Notes under the pieces: generated by a model
The model's input: the letters and a program-made list of their open reading frames with translations, nothing else
Database searches by the model: none
Told to the model about the DNA's origin: nothing
Program-made: the position numbers and the translations under genes
From: Antedon mediterranea
Taxonomy: Eukaryota > Animalia > Echinodermata
Reading direction: 5' to 3'
Assembly (NCBI RefSeq): GCF_964355755.1
Contig: NC_092678.1
Coordinates: 13,080,352-13,144,351, forward strand
Length of the DNA: 64,000 nucleotides
In this document: positions 52,582 to 64,000 of the stretch, in pieces
Position numbering within the stretch: position 1 is the first letter of the stretch
How the letters are laid out: the number at the start of each line of letters is the position of its first letter

Positions 52582-55105
52582 TAGTTTGTAGGCCTATGCC
52601 TATAGTAATAAGAGATAATAATAGACATAATATGTCAGGCCTACCTTTTATAAAACAGCAAGATTTGTGCCTCATCCTTAATTTGATGCGATTAGCCAAT
52701 AATACCCATTCTAGACCTGGCATCTCTGTGCTGCGTGATCGCCGATTTTGCCGCCGAGCTACACTGGCACGCACAAAAACAAAGGGAGCCGTTTTTGGCT
52801 GTTGGCTTGCAGTTTTCTGATTGGTTGTTTACGGTCTGCCGGCCTATACGACGCATGCTCCATTATTTTCAAAAAGTTGTGCAGTATTTCTTATTCTTTA
52901 CTCGATTTTATTTGATTTAATTTAAATAATTGTTTGTTGCAATAATATAGGATTACAAATAATAATATTAATTATATTTTGAATGGTAATTACGGACCAT
53001 GCTTCTATTCCCGTCACCTCAACCCAGAACACCCCCCCCCCACCTCTCCCCTGGGTCCTCTCCCGTACTCCCACGACGTACACCCAGCCATCCGCTTTCG
53101 CTCTTCTCCGAATTCCCTTGGTTGTTAGGAAAAAAACTAGTTGCAAAACCAATTGAAACAACCAGTTGCCCGGTTGAAAAACCGATTGGACCAGTTGACA
53201 GTTGAACTCAGTTGAGCTTTGGGAATACCAGTTGGCCAGTTGGAAAAACCAGTTGACCTGTTGAAAAACCAGTTGACCAGTTTGAAAAACCAGTTGACCA
53301 GTTTGAAAAACCAGTTGACCAGTTTGAAAAACCAGTTGAAAAACCAGTTGACCAGTTTGAAAAACCAGTTGACCAGTTGAAAAACCAGTTGACCAGTTGA
53401 AAAACCAGTTGACCAGTTGGAAAAACCAGTTGACCAGTTGGAAAAACCAGTTAGACCAGTTGAAAAACCAGTTGACCAGTTGTTAAAACCAGTTGAACCA
53501 GTTGGAAACCAGTTAGACCAGTTGAAGACCAGTTGGACCAGTTGAAATTTCCAACTGTTCTCAACTGGAATTTTTACCTGGGAAGGCTTAATACATTTCA
53601 TTCACATTGATAAAAAACAGTAACATTTGGTTTTTAATACATTTATATTAAATGTTATATTTATATGGATTTCACAAACACTACTTTTGTGTTAATTATG
53701 TCAACAAACGACCAAATAATTCTAGGCCTAGCAAGGCTAGAACGCGTAGGCTAGGCCTAGCTTAATACTATCATGGCCTAGGCTAGACCTCTCTAGGCAT
53801 AGCTTGGCTGAAAGGCAAAACTTCGACAGACAATTGGAACTTATCTAGGCTAATTAATGGTTTTTCCAACAATTCCACGTCTTGTAGGGATGTCCCCATT
53901 AATTAATCAAAATCCTAAAAACGATCTAAAGCTAATTTAAACGCCTTTTTGAATGAAATTAGTACATATATGTCCAAATCGTACACAAATATCTGCTGCT
54001 GTTGCATATTTTGCGGTGGTGTTTACAAATGAAACTGAGACCAGACGACAGGTGGCGCTGTTGTATTTCACAGTACAGAGCCATATCATAGGATAATTTG
54101 TGTACTAGACTCTTTTTCATCCGCGAGACGTTTTTTTTTTCGTACACAAACATTTTTCAAAAAGTACTATTAAACGATCGTTTAATAGTGCGTACTATTG
54201 CACGCCATGTGACCCACAATCGTCCAATCAAATGACAGGAATTTATTTAGGTGTTATATAAATAATAATAAATGCAAAGGCAATTACTAATACTATGTAT
54301 ACAATATTACAGTTAAATTCATATATTATTTTATTATGTTAAGGAAATCTGTTTTAGAATGACAAAAAGCCGTCCCAACCCAGATTTGAAACAAGCTATC
54401 AATAAAGCTATAAACAGAATACCATATTGTAGCCGGACTGGGTAGCGTAGACCTACTCTACTAGGCCTAGTAAGATTAGCTAAAAGGATACAGGTCAACA
54501 CGCACCCCACAGCTGTTTCAAACATACGAATTAAGTCATGCGCCCTCAACGTTACAAGTCGTATCGCTGGAGTAACAATACATAAACAATTACTTACAAA
54601 TCCACGTGTGCAGAGTGGAGTCAAACGTCATTTAAAGACATGTTTTAAACAGCCAATGAGAATGAGATAAAAAAATAAAGGGTCGCTAAAAATATGAATA
54701 TTCATTAAAGAGTCCCTGGATGAAACAAGCACGTTGTCGTTTTGTTTTTAAGAAGGAATGTAACGCTGAAAATTAATGGAAGGGTGGACCATAAATTACA
54801 AGCATAGACCCATTGACGCACGTGAGTGACATTTCCAAATTAGGTACATGTTTGTTTGTCCGTATCTTTAAAAAATGTAATTTTCACTCTAATTCTTTGG
54901 TACTGCATGATAATTTAGTTATCTGTGAATGTTATAACATAGTAATGGTCGAGAGGTGATGGTTGAATTTTTGAGCTATGGCCGTTTCAAATTGTGTCAT
55001 TTTTAGGCTTAGGCTTATGTCTACTCTAGTTGCAACACTGCCTTTCATGTGACAGCTGACCCAAATGAGTTTGGAAATGTTACATTATTTTAATTATTTA
55101 GGCCT

Positions 55106-57718
55106 GGCTGGGTAGGGTAGGCATATACCAATATTATAGGCCCTATTTTTATTTTAATACTAGGCCTAGGCCCTTGCTAGACCTGTGTTCTCTAGCAGCC
55201 TACTACAGAGAAGCAGCTTTCCGGCTTAGTTAGCCTGGCCTTGAGTAGGCTAGCCTACTAGCCTAATAGGTATTAGTAGGCTACCTAATTAAAATTAGGC
55301 CCAGGATCTACGCCTAGGCCTATATATTTTTAATATTATTTAATTATTATAATTAATTTTAGTTTTATTAAATTTACAGTATTCATTACAAAAACTGTAA
55401 ATTTAATATTATGAGGATTATATATACCCTATGTAACATGTATGCAATAGGGAATATTATAGGCCTATATGTATGTAATAATTACAATATAAATAATGAC
55501 AAGCATCATATTAACATTCGGTTTTGCTCATCACTGCATATTCAAATTAGTATGCAATCATATTAAATTTAATAAGTTAAGTTAATTTTATAAAATTGTT
55601 ATAATAATTATTAATGTTATACTATTGTAGATACATATATAGAGCAGTAACCTGAAGTGGCTAAGCAGATTTGGACCATACCTACCATCTATATAGGTAA
55701 GATTATTTTGCTGTTCAAGAAGTAGCAAATATTAAATTGTGTACCATGCTATTAATTTGTAATATTAACAATCAATCACTACCACTGGCTGGGTAGGCTA
55801 GGCCTATATCATAGGCCCTATTTTTATTTTAATATACTAGCTAGACCTGTGCTCTCTATCACTAGCAGCAGCCTACAGAGAAGCAGCTTTCCAGCTTATT
55901 TAGCCTAGCCTAGAGCAATTAGGCTAGGTATAAGTAGGCTACCTAATTAGGCTAGGCTCTACGCCTATATAGGCCTATTATTATTTAATTATTATTAATT
56001 TTTGTTTAATATATTTACAGTATTTATTTAAATAATGTTTCTTATGAGAATACCTGGTTATATATACCCTATGCAATGACATAAGGCATATATGCCTACC
56101 CTGTATGTAATAATTACAATTATTATAAATAATGAATTTTAACATTCGTTTTTGCTCATCACTGCATATTCAAATTAGTATGTATGCAACCATATTAAAT
56201 TTAGTAAGCTAATTTTAAGTAATTCTTATAATAATGTTTTACTATTTTTTAGGTACATAGCGGCAACCCGAAGTGGCAAAAACATTTTAAACAGATTTGG
56301 ACCAATACCTAGCAGCCTACCATATATATACAGTAGGTAAGTTTATTTTATTGCTCAAGAACTAGTAAATTTTAAATTGTGTTTACCATGCTATTAATTT
56401 TCAATATTAACAATCAATCACTACCACTGGCTGGGTAGGCTAGGCCTATATTATAGGCCCTATTTTTATTTTAATATACTAGCTAGACCTGTGCTCTCTA
56501 ACACTAGCAGCCTACAGAGAAGCAGCTTTCCAGCTTATTTAGCGTAGCCTAGAGCAATAGGCTAGGTATAAGTAGACTACCTAATTAGGTCTAGGCTCTA
56601 CGCCTATATATTATTATTTAATTATTATTATTTTTAGTTTTAATATATTTACAATATTTTATTTAAATAATGTTTATTATGAGAATACCTGGTTATAGTA
56701 TATACCCTATGCAATGACATAAGGCATATATGCCTACCCTGTATGTAATAATTACAATTACAATATTATAAATAATGAATTTAAACATTCGTTTTTGCTT
56801 ATCACTGCATATTCAAATTAGTATGTATGCAACCATATTAAATTTAATAAGCTAATTTTAATTAATTCTTATAGTAATGTTTTACTATTTTTTAGGTACA
56901 TAGCGGCAACCCGAAGTGGAAAAATCATTTTAAACAGATTTTGACCAATACCTATACCTATACCTACCATCTATATTATAGGTAAGTTTATTTTACTGTT
57001 CAAGAACTAGTACATTTTAAATTGTGTTTACCATGCTATTAATTTTCAATATTAACAACCAATCACTACCACTGGCTGGGTAGGCTAGGCCTATATTATA
57101 GGCCCTATTTTTATTTTAATATACTAGCTAGACCTGTGCTCTCTTGCACTAGCAGCCTACAGAGAAGCAGCTTTCCAGCTTATTTAGCCTAGCCTAGAGC
57201 AATAGGCTAGGTATTAGTAGGCTACCTAATTAGGCCTAGAGGCTCTATGCCTATATATTATTATTTAATTATTATTAATTTTTATTTTTAATATATTTAC
57301 AGTATTTATTACAAATAATGTTTATTATGAGGATACCTGGTTATATATACCCTATGCAATGACATAAGGCATATATGCCTACCCTGTATGTAATAATTAC
57401 AATTATTATAAATAATGAATTTTAACATTTGTTTTTGCTCATCACTGCATATTCAAATTAGTATGTATGCAACCATAGTAAATTTAATAAGTTAATTTTA
57501 ATTAATTCTTATTATAATGTTATACTATTACTATTACTATTTTTTAGGTACATATATAGCGGCAACCCAAAATGGCTAAAACATTTTAAACAGATTTGGA
57601 CCAATACCTATACCTACCATCTATATAGGTAAGTTTATTTTACTGTTCAAGAACTAGTAAATTTTAAATTGTGTTTACCATGCTATGAATTTGTAACTTT
57701 AACAATCAATCACTAACA
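55106..57718. repeat. ~645-bp tandem repeat x4 inside the Chapaev element
   Basis: Unit starts ggctgggtagg at ~55106, 55787, 56429 and 57074. Confidence 0.9.
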
Positions 57719-57979
57719 CATGTACAGTACAGCAGTAGTACTATCAATCAATAGTAATTAGTTAGTAATTGAAATATAGACATACTATAGTATTACTTTT
57801 ACATATTCATTATCATTAGGCATTGTTAAAAGGAAATCAATACAATGCAATATTCCTTTAACATTTAAAAATGTACAATATTTTATGATCATTAATGTTA
57901 ATGAATCATTCTTTGTTGGCTTTCTTGCATTTGTTGGGTTTTATTATTTCATTTTGTATCATTGGAGATGTGAAAATCA

Positions 57980-58863
57980 GATGAGTCTAAGTTTGACTCT
58001 AATCCACACTGCTGTTTTGTGACGGTTGAGTTTGGCATGTATTAGCTCCCCGCCTTGCTCAGAGACCCCCTTCCATTCTCTCATGAATGCAATAGCATGG
58101 TGCTCAAGCATATGTAGCTTAGGCTGTATTACACCTGGTGCAATATGCCTGTATTCTGCTAAAAATACTTGTATGATATTTTTATGGAATTAAAAAATAC
58201 TTAATTTACACATTAATACATTTTATAATTTCAGAAATTTTGTGATGAAAAAGTCAATCTGTGGTGACTGTAGAATGGACCCAAGATCTGACTATCTTAG
58301 ACATTTAAATAATAGAAAGTTCTGACAATTTTGTTGAATAGAAATATACAATGTATGATGTAATCTTAATTGAAAATTGGCGCTTTTTAAACTATGTATA
58401 TAAATTAGGATGAGGAAACAGTTATTTGATTATGAGGTATGTTCATTTAATTAAATTTGTTAGTATAAACTTTCAAAAAGAGTGAAGATATAAAGAAGAA
58501 AAGCAGATTATGGAGCAGCTGTACCAGACAAAAAACTGTTCCCTTAAACGCCAGTGTGTTCTTTCACTTGTGAATGTAGTTTTGGCCCAGGTCATAGTTG
58601 TTGTTAAAGTGTAGCATGCCAAGCAATTTGGTCCATGCCCTGTTAATTTAAATGTTAGCGTGGTAGTATACAGTATCCATTGAAAATTCGCGAATGGCAG
58701 GTTGTATAAATGTATATAGGTTGTAATTTTACATTTGTTAGATTTAGTGCAAATTTGTGATGGTTTTCATATTTTTTAAGTTGTATTTTTTATCCTTTTC
58801 TTTAAATTTTGTTCCACAACAGAAGCAAGTAGAACGTAAAGCCTTTTCGTGAAACTGTGTTGC
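57980..58863 (-). pseudogene. Chapaev transposase remnants (N-terminal Chapa zinc motif and C-terminal catalytic segment)
   Basis: From 58863: ATQFHEKALRSTCFCCGTKF (H-x7-C-x2-CG), then TTCHSRI and HGPNCLAC (58611-58637). From ~58165: FLAEYRHIAPGVIQPKLHMLEHHAIAFMREWKGVSEQGGELIHAKLNR. Stops and frameshifts are present and the central core is missing. Confidence 0.75.
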
Positions 58864-61589
58864 CTACAAAAAAGAAAAGAAATTTTAATTTTACCAACCT
58901 TTAATGTTATATTATATTTATCATACAGTAGTTTGAGTATTTTTGTATAGGCTTTAATTTTAAGGGCCTAGCTAGGCCTGGTAGTTAGTAGTTTTACTAA
59001 ATTTTTACATTTATGATGAATTATATTCAGTTGAAATAAATACAATGATAATAATTAAGCTTATTATTTATTCTATTGTAAATTAAAATGATGTATAGTA
59101 TGATTACACTACTTATACGTACCAACTAGGCCTAGCTACAACCTAGGCCTAGTTGCGTACAGCCTAGCGAGCGGTTATCAGCCGCGTTCATCGACCTCTC
59201 GCCAAATACGCTGTTTCGCATTTAACAAAACAGTCGAGTTTTTAAATGAAAATTTCTTGAGATTTTCACCGTCACCTCCTAACAATTCAATGTCTCATGT
59301 AAGCATATATAATCAAACTTTTACCTAGATTTTCCAAGTATTTATGAAAATTACGAATAAAAACAAAAAGTGTACAATTTGACAAGCATTTTTTCAAACT
59401 TTCCATTGTTTACATTTGCTAGGCCGATCGATGTTAATTTTTAAAACTTCCGGGTGTAAATAATTTCGTAAACTTGTTGTTATGCTTAATTACTTACTAT
59501 TTCCAAAAAATCGGTAATTAAGAATCTTATTTTCTAACAAATAGTATAAAAATGGTTTTATAATATTTATGACGAAATTGATTAAATTAATTTAAAGTGT
59601 AGTTATAAAAGTTGCAAATGTCGCGAAAGTTGAACGAGATTCAACCACTCGCGCGGCGTCACGCTCAGGCACATATCGCCGTCTGACAATATTGAGGGCG
59701 CTTGACTTTTTCTATTTATTTTACATTGGTTGAAACAGCTGCCATGCCAACTCGTACCCAACATTTTGGCTCACTCATACCCTCATGGGCTGGCTCGTAC
59801 TCATCATGGGCTGGCCCGTACCTATGTTTAATGCTGTTAAAAGTATATTTTTATTACATACGGGTTGGTTTAGGTACGGGTTAGCCCAGGGTACGAGTTG
59901 ACCAATTATTTGGGTACGAGTTAGCTAAGTTGGGATGCCATGGGTACGGGTTTACCAGCACCCTAGCTAGAAGAATACGGATACTGTAAAGGTCAACCCG
60001 TACCAATGTCAACCCGTACCCATCATGGATGGGCTAGAATACTACTTACAGGTTAGGTTAGCCTAGCTGGGCTAACCCACCTCAGCTCTCACATTTCCTG
60101 AAAAGTAGGCCGAAAACGCGACCGAAATTACGGGAGGCCTAGCTAGGCTTACTTAATTTAAAATGAACTCTAGGCTAGGCCTAGTTATAGTGATGCGTAG
60201 TAGGCTAACACCGCTGGCTCTACGAGGCCGGCCTTTATATGCTCATATGATGGCTTTTTTTTGGCGTACCCAATGTAGGCCTATGCCTAGCTAGGCCAGA
60301 TTTTCCATTCCCGCAGACCTGTAACCTATGTTCTTCTAGTAAGGCTAGTGGTTGTACCCTGGTCGACTCGAATCATGTCAACTCGTACTTAACTTGAGTA
60401 GTAGTAGGCCTAGCCTAGCTACGATGTTGAGTATGCCTGCAAAAAAGGTAGATGAGCTACTAAACTAAACGTAATTCGTATAATCAATAACAATAACTGA
60501 CTAGAAGGCCAACAAGCGGAGGAAAACGCCTTGCATGGCAATACGATAAACCTGCTACTATTGTGGTTGCCGAGTGGATTTTATATTGAATACATTATTA
60601 TAACGTTACAAATTGTCTCTAGATAGGAACCTAATGACAGCGATATCGTGTATTAAAAGTACTTAATACAGTAAGACAGGTCTCTGGCAGACTGTCGACA
60701 GTCTTCCACACTGAGTGTACTAACAGATACATAATCGGGTGGTTCTCTCGAGCAAGCATGTACATTGAATTACATTATGGCACTGACAACACACACGAAA
60801 CGGTACTGTAACGGTTACGCCTAAAATGTTATAGTCTACACTATTTGAATTATTTTGAATTATTGAACTTTAGAGAATAAAAAAAGTTGATTATTTAAAA
60901 GAAACATCAAATTCCACCTCTATTGATAATGGATAATGCTACTAAGGATAATAACTTTCATTTCAGTATATACATTTTTATTAAATTCATACATTTTGAT
61001 GTTAGTCTATTTTTATATTTTGTTCTTGCTTTTTTAAATTCGATTGTTACGGCATTTAATCAGTTCGTCATTAATATAATTATTTGGCTATACTAAATAC
61101 TATAATGTATAGTGTACTCTGAAAATTATACTGTGATAGGCCCTACACTAAGACCTGAATGTCATTGAATTAGTAAATACTTTAAATTAGCCCTCTATAA
61201 CGGATTAGAAAAGGTAGATATAACATAATGTTATTCACTAAATAATAATATTATTATATTATATTAGACATAATATGGCTAAATGATTGTAGGCCTAATA
61301 TGCTGAAATGCCGTGTTGTGAAATAGATATTTTAAAACTGTGTCCCTACTAAGGGAAAATTGAATTAAAAACGTTTAATCTAACAATTAAAAGTGCCTTG
61401 CCTTATGTAGAGATCAAATCATGTATAAATTAATAATTAAATGTAATTAAATAAACCATGTTTACGTTTTTGAATTATTTACAAAAGCTAAAATAAGGTT
61501 TTTACATCAGTTTAGGCTACTATAAATTATTATCACTTATTTGTGATTCTTCTTTTGCATTATAAACAGAATAATTTGATTTTAAAATA

Positions 61590-62215
61590 AGGTTTTTAAT
61601 ACTGTTCTACGACACTCACACTAAAATAATTTCCGTAATATTTTCGGAGAAACCATTCTCCGTCCTCAGCGGGTGTTGGCTGATGGACGACTGATTGACT
61701 CCCTACTTCTGGACGCAGATGGCGTCCTACTATGTGTTTCTAGTAGAGAGTCATAGCATTTTGAAAGTTCTCGGCCCACGTCTCTGTTTAAGGTTGGACT
61801 GGATTCTCTCTATATAATTAGCCTCCCGTATTTTCCTGGGAATTAATTTGTCCTCTCGACATAAAACCTTTACGTTGGATTTATCAAGTTCATGGCCTGT
61901 GGTTTTTAGATGTTCAGCAATGACAGACTGATTGGAGGGGGTTATTGCAAAATGTTCTTTGATGTGTTCCCTCAAAGTTCTCTTTGTTTCGCCTACGTAC
62001 ACTTTGTTACAGCCTTTACAAGGAAGACGATAAACTACTCCTGATTTGTCCTCAATGGATACTTTGTCCTTGGGTGCGACAAGAATTTGACGGAGTGTAT
62101 GATGTGGTTTGAAGGCGGTGGGGGTGCCGTATTGTCCATAAACCCGTTTAAGTTGCTCGGATATACCTTTAAAAAAGGAATCACCACAGGAATTTTTCTA
62201 GAACTAGATGTAGGA
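61590..62215 (-). mobile_element. Penelope-like retroelement 3' fragment (GIY-YIG endonuclease)
   Basis: KPHHTLRQILVAPKDK...SGVVYRLPCKGCNKVYVGETKRTLREHIKEH...SVIAEH...GH...RKIREA. Confidence 0.85.
61633..61672 (-). ncRNA. Minimal hammerhead ribozyme motif of the Penelope element
   Basis: CCG-CUGAGGA-C-GGAGAA-uggu-UUCUCC-GAAA-AUAUU-A-CGG: core boxes, 6-bp stem II, palindromic AAUAUU stem III and 3-bp stem I. Confidence 0.6.
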
Positions 62216-62519
62216 AGATCTGGATTTGAATTCGATTAATTTGATTACTTTATATTATTATCGATAGGGCCCTATCTAAGATGTTTATGTGAGACTGCCT
62301 ATTAATTACCACGACGCAATCGCGGCGAATACCGCGTATTTTATAGTCATTGCGTACGATTATTGTTCACACGAAATTATGAATATGCGTCAAATATCGT
62401 TTATAGCTGTTTGTATGTCGTGTTTTACTATTACTTTTTCAACCTGGAACATCCGAAACTGCATATTTTCAAATATCAAACTAACAATTTCAACCATCTG
62501 ATCACGTAAACAATGACCA

Positions 62520-63720
62520 AATTTGTGTTCAATGTTGTTTGTTCAAGAACATCTGAAATATTGAACTTAACATATGTATCAGAATCCATGAATTCTCTTC
62601 CACAGCACATGTAATTTCTTCAACGTGCCATTATATTATTTTTAGTCGTTTCTTCTTACGCCAAACTGGAGTATCTGGTATAAATCACATAATCAACTTC
62701 TCCTACTGAGACTAAGACCAGCAATTCTTGCAAACAATAGTTTACTGGGAAGAAGCGACATAACCAAGACGTCATTACCCGAACTAAAACCTATATTCTC
62801 TTCTTTTCTATTGAACATTTTCTTTATTTTAACTTGATCATTTACAATATTTCTGTTTGTCATCTCACGTGCACGATTTAACTAATCACGAAATGCAGAC
62901 ACATAATCAAGTATTGATACAGACTCTTCTACATTCACTAACAGTCTTTCTTTAACCATTTTGAGAGTGCCTTGAACTGAATGACCATACAGCAACTCAA
63001 ATGGCCTAAACCCCAATGAATCACGAACAATGAATAATATATATGGTTTTATTGGACAAAGATTGCATATAGACCGCATATGATTGAAACAGGTGTGATA
63101 ATTATTTCTCTAAACACCACCGTGCGTTCGTCTTCAACAAGTTTACACAAAACCGGTTCCAAAACATTCCCAAAATGTTGACATCCCAGACCGAAAGACT
63201 CGAAACGACAATGACATCAAAATCGCTACTGATAATATCCGCAAACAAACATGAAGTGATACTTTCTTATAACTCCCTTTAACACCTTGAATAAGAATAA
63301 ATCAACTTTCACTTTCATCCACTCCACTTGTTGCTTCTTTCAACATGACCGTAATTACCAACGTGGTTTGAAGCGATTTTATTATCTTCATTAGCAAACA
63401 ACAAATTTACTACTACTACTTTTTTTACTTTGATTTTAAAATAATCTGATTTTGAAACCAGTTTGGTATCCACTACTCTGTACGTGAGTATATACTTATC
63501 GGTAACAGAAGCCGCTTTTGTTAAAATGTTCTGCTCCTCTAGATGAGTACGAACTTCGGTAAGGAAAACACTATTTAAACTCACGAAGCTTTCCAAATTC
63601 ACCGTTTACTCCTTCCGAACTGCGACATCAAAAAAGAATATGCTTCTACTTGCAACTTTTGTAAACGTTTGATCGTAATGTTTACCTCAGTTCCTAAATT
63701 TCTGCCGATACGTACAACAT
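62520..63720 (-). mobile_element. Degenerate Gypsy LTR-retrotransposon fragments (gag-like and integrase)
   Basis: DSLGFRPFELLYGHSVQGTLKMVKERLL (integrase C-terminus) and EVRTHLEEQ...AASVTDKYILT (gag-like); many stops. Confidence 0.7.
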
Positions 63721-64000
63721 GTTCAGGCTGTATATCTTTAACTTGTATTATAAGCTTCATTATTCTAATTTCTTTATAGGATTGAACACACCACTTCAAG
63801 TATATCTAAAATAAAATAACGTATAAACTTCATGATCAATATTTATTTGAAGATCAGATACACATCGCTGCATGTAATATCTGAGTACAAATAAATCTAC
63901 CTTAGAAATTAGCAATAACATAATAATGTCTGCAGTATATGCACGTCAGTTGGGAGTGAAAGAGCATATATTTAAAAAAAAACAGAGAAAAACAGACTAT

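Larger units (their letters stand above)
48963..53582. mobile_element. Non-autonomous EnSpm/CACTA-type element
   Basis: TIR CCCAGGTAAAAATTCCAGTTGA, 2-bp TSD AA, and dense subterminal CCAGTTG repeats at both ends (48975-49230, 53135-53570). Confidence 0.75.
47186..54261. mobile_element. Unclassified double-hairpin non-autonomous element (host of nested insertions)
   Basis: Absent from the left arm (empty site ~40010-40020). Hairpin 1 is 47190-47295 / 48834-48897; hairpin 2 is ttatataacacctaaataaattcctgtcatttga 48899-48933 / 54228-54261. Confidence 0.6.
54508..59741 (-). mobile_element. Decayed Chapaev (CMC; RAG1/Transib-related) DNA transposon
   Basis: TIR (CA)CAGCTGTTTCAA at both ends; absent from the left arm (empty site ~39768); transposase remnants inside. 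Confidence 0.8.
33868..60741. mobile_element. Giant foldback structure/element with ~2-kb inverted arms (Galileo/P-like termini)
   Basis: Collinear inverted homology: 33868-34793 / 59835-60741, 39724-39768 / 59743-59787, 39769-40015 / 54262-54507, 40015-40668 / 46533-47185, 43339-43500 / 46380-46540. Ends CACCCGATT...AATCGGGTG; flanks GTTCTCG and GTTCTCT(CG). Confidence 0.75.

Noticed and set aside
53137-53601. 154-aa ORF with NWSTGF repeats (also ORFs at 48955-49183)
   Set aside because: By-product of the CACTA-type subterminal CCAGTTG repeats.
57980-58863. Bona fide RAG1/ProtoRAG gene
   Set aside because: The catalytic segment reads PKLH..EHH...SEQGGELIH (Chapaev type) rather than RAG1's HKTLAH...SEGNESGNK, and no RAG2-like sequence was recognised.

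Overview
AT-rich, intron-containing animal genomic DNA, probably a marine invertebrate (inferred from a Deu-domain SINE and the transposon families present). It is not prokaryotic, and most ORFs in the supplied track are spurious. Host genes are limited to the last three exons of an inter-alpha-trypsin-inhibitor heavy-chain-like gene (54-3382, +) and three exons of an ankyrin-repeat gene (31396-33000, +). The rest is dominated by two large composite repeat structures. (1) About 7.4-25.1 kb is bounded by Helentron/HINE-type ends and holds a 97-bp satellite and a 183/194-bp satellite; the 97-bp satellite has been hit by a P-like MITE, a HINE and a Helitron. (2) A ~26.9-kb foldback structure (33868-60741) has CAC...GTG ends, a near-7-bp target duplication and ~2-kb inverted arms. 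Each arm was independently expanded by insertions: a Crack/L2-type LINE, three minisatellites, a five-level nested stack, and a decayed Chapaev (RAG1/Transib-related) transposon. The Chapaev TIRs are bipartite with 11- versus 21-bp spacers, reminiscent of the 12/23 RSS asymmetry. Penelope (with a minimal hammerhead ribozyme) and Gypsy remnants close the window. All family assignments come from motif recognition by eye, without database searches.
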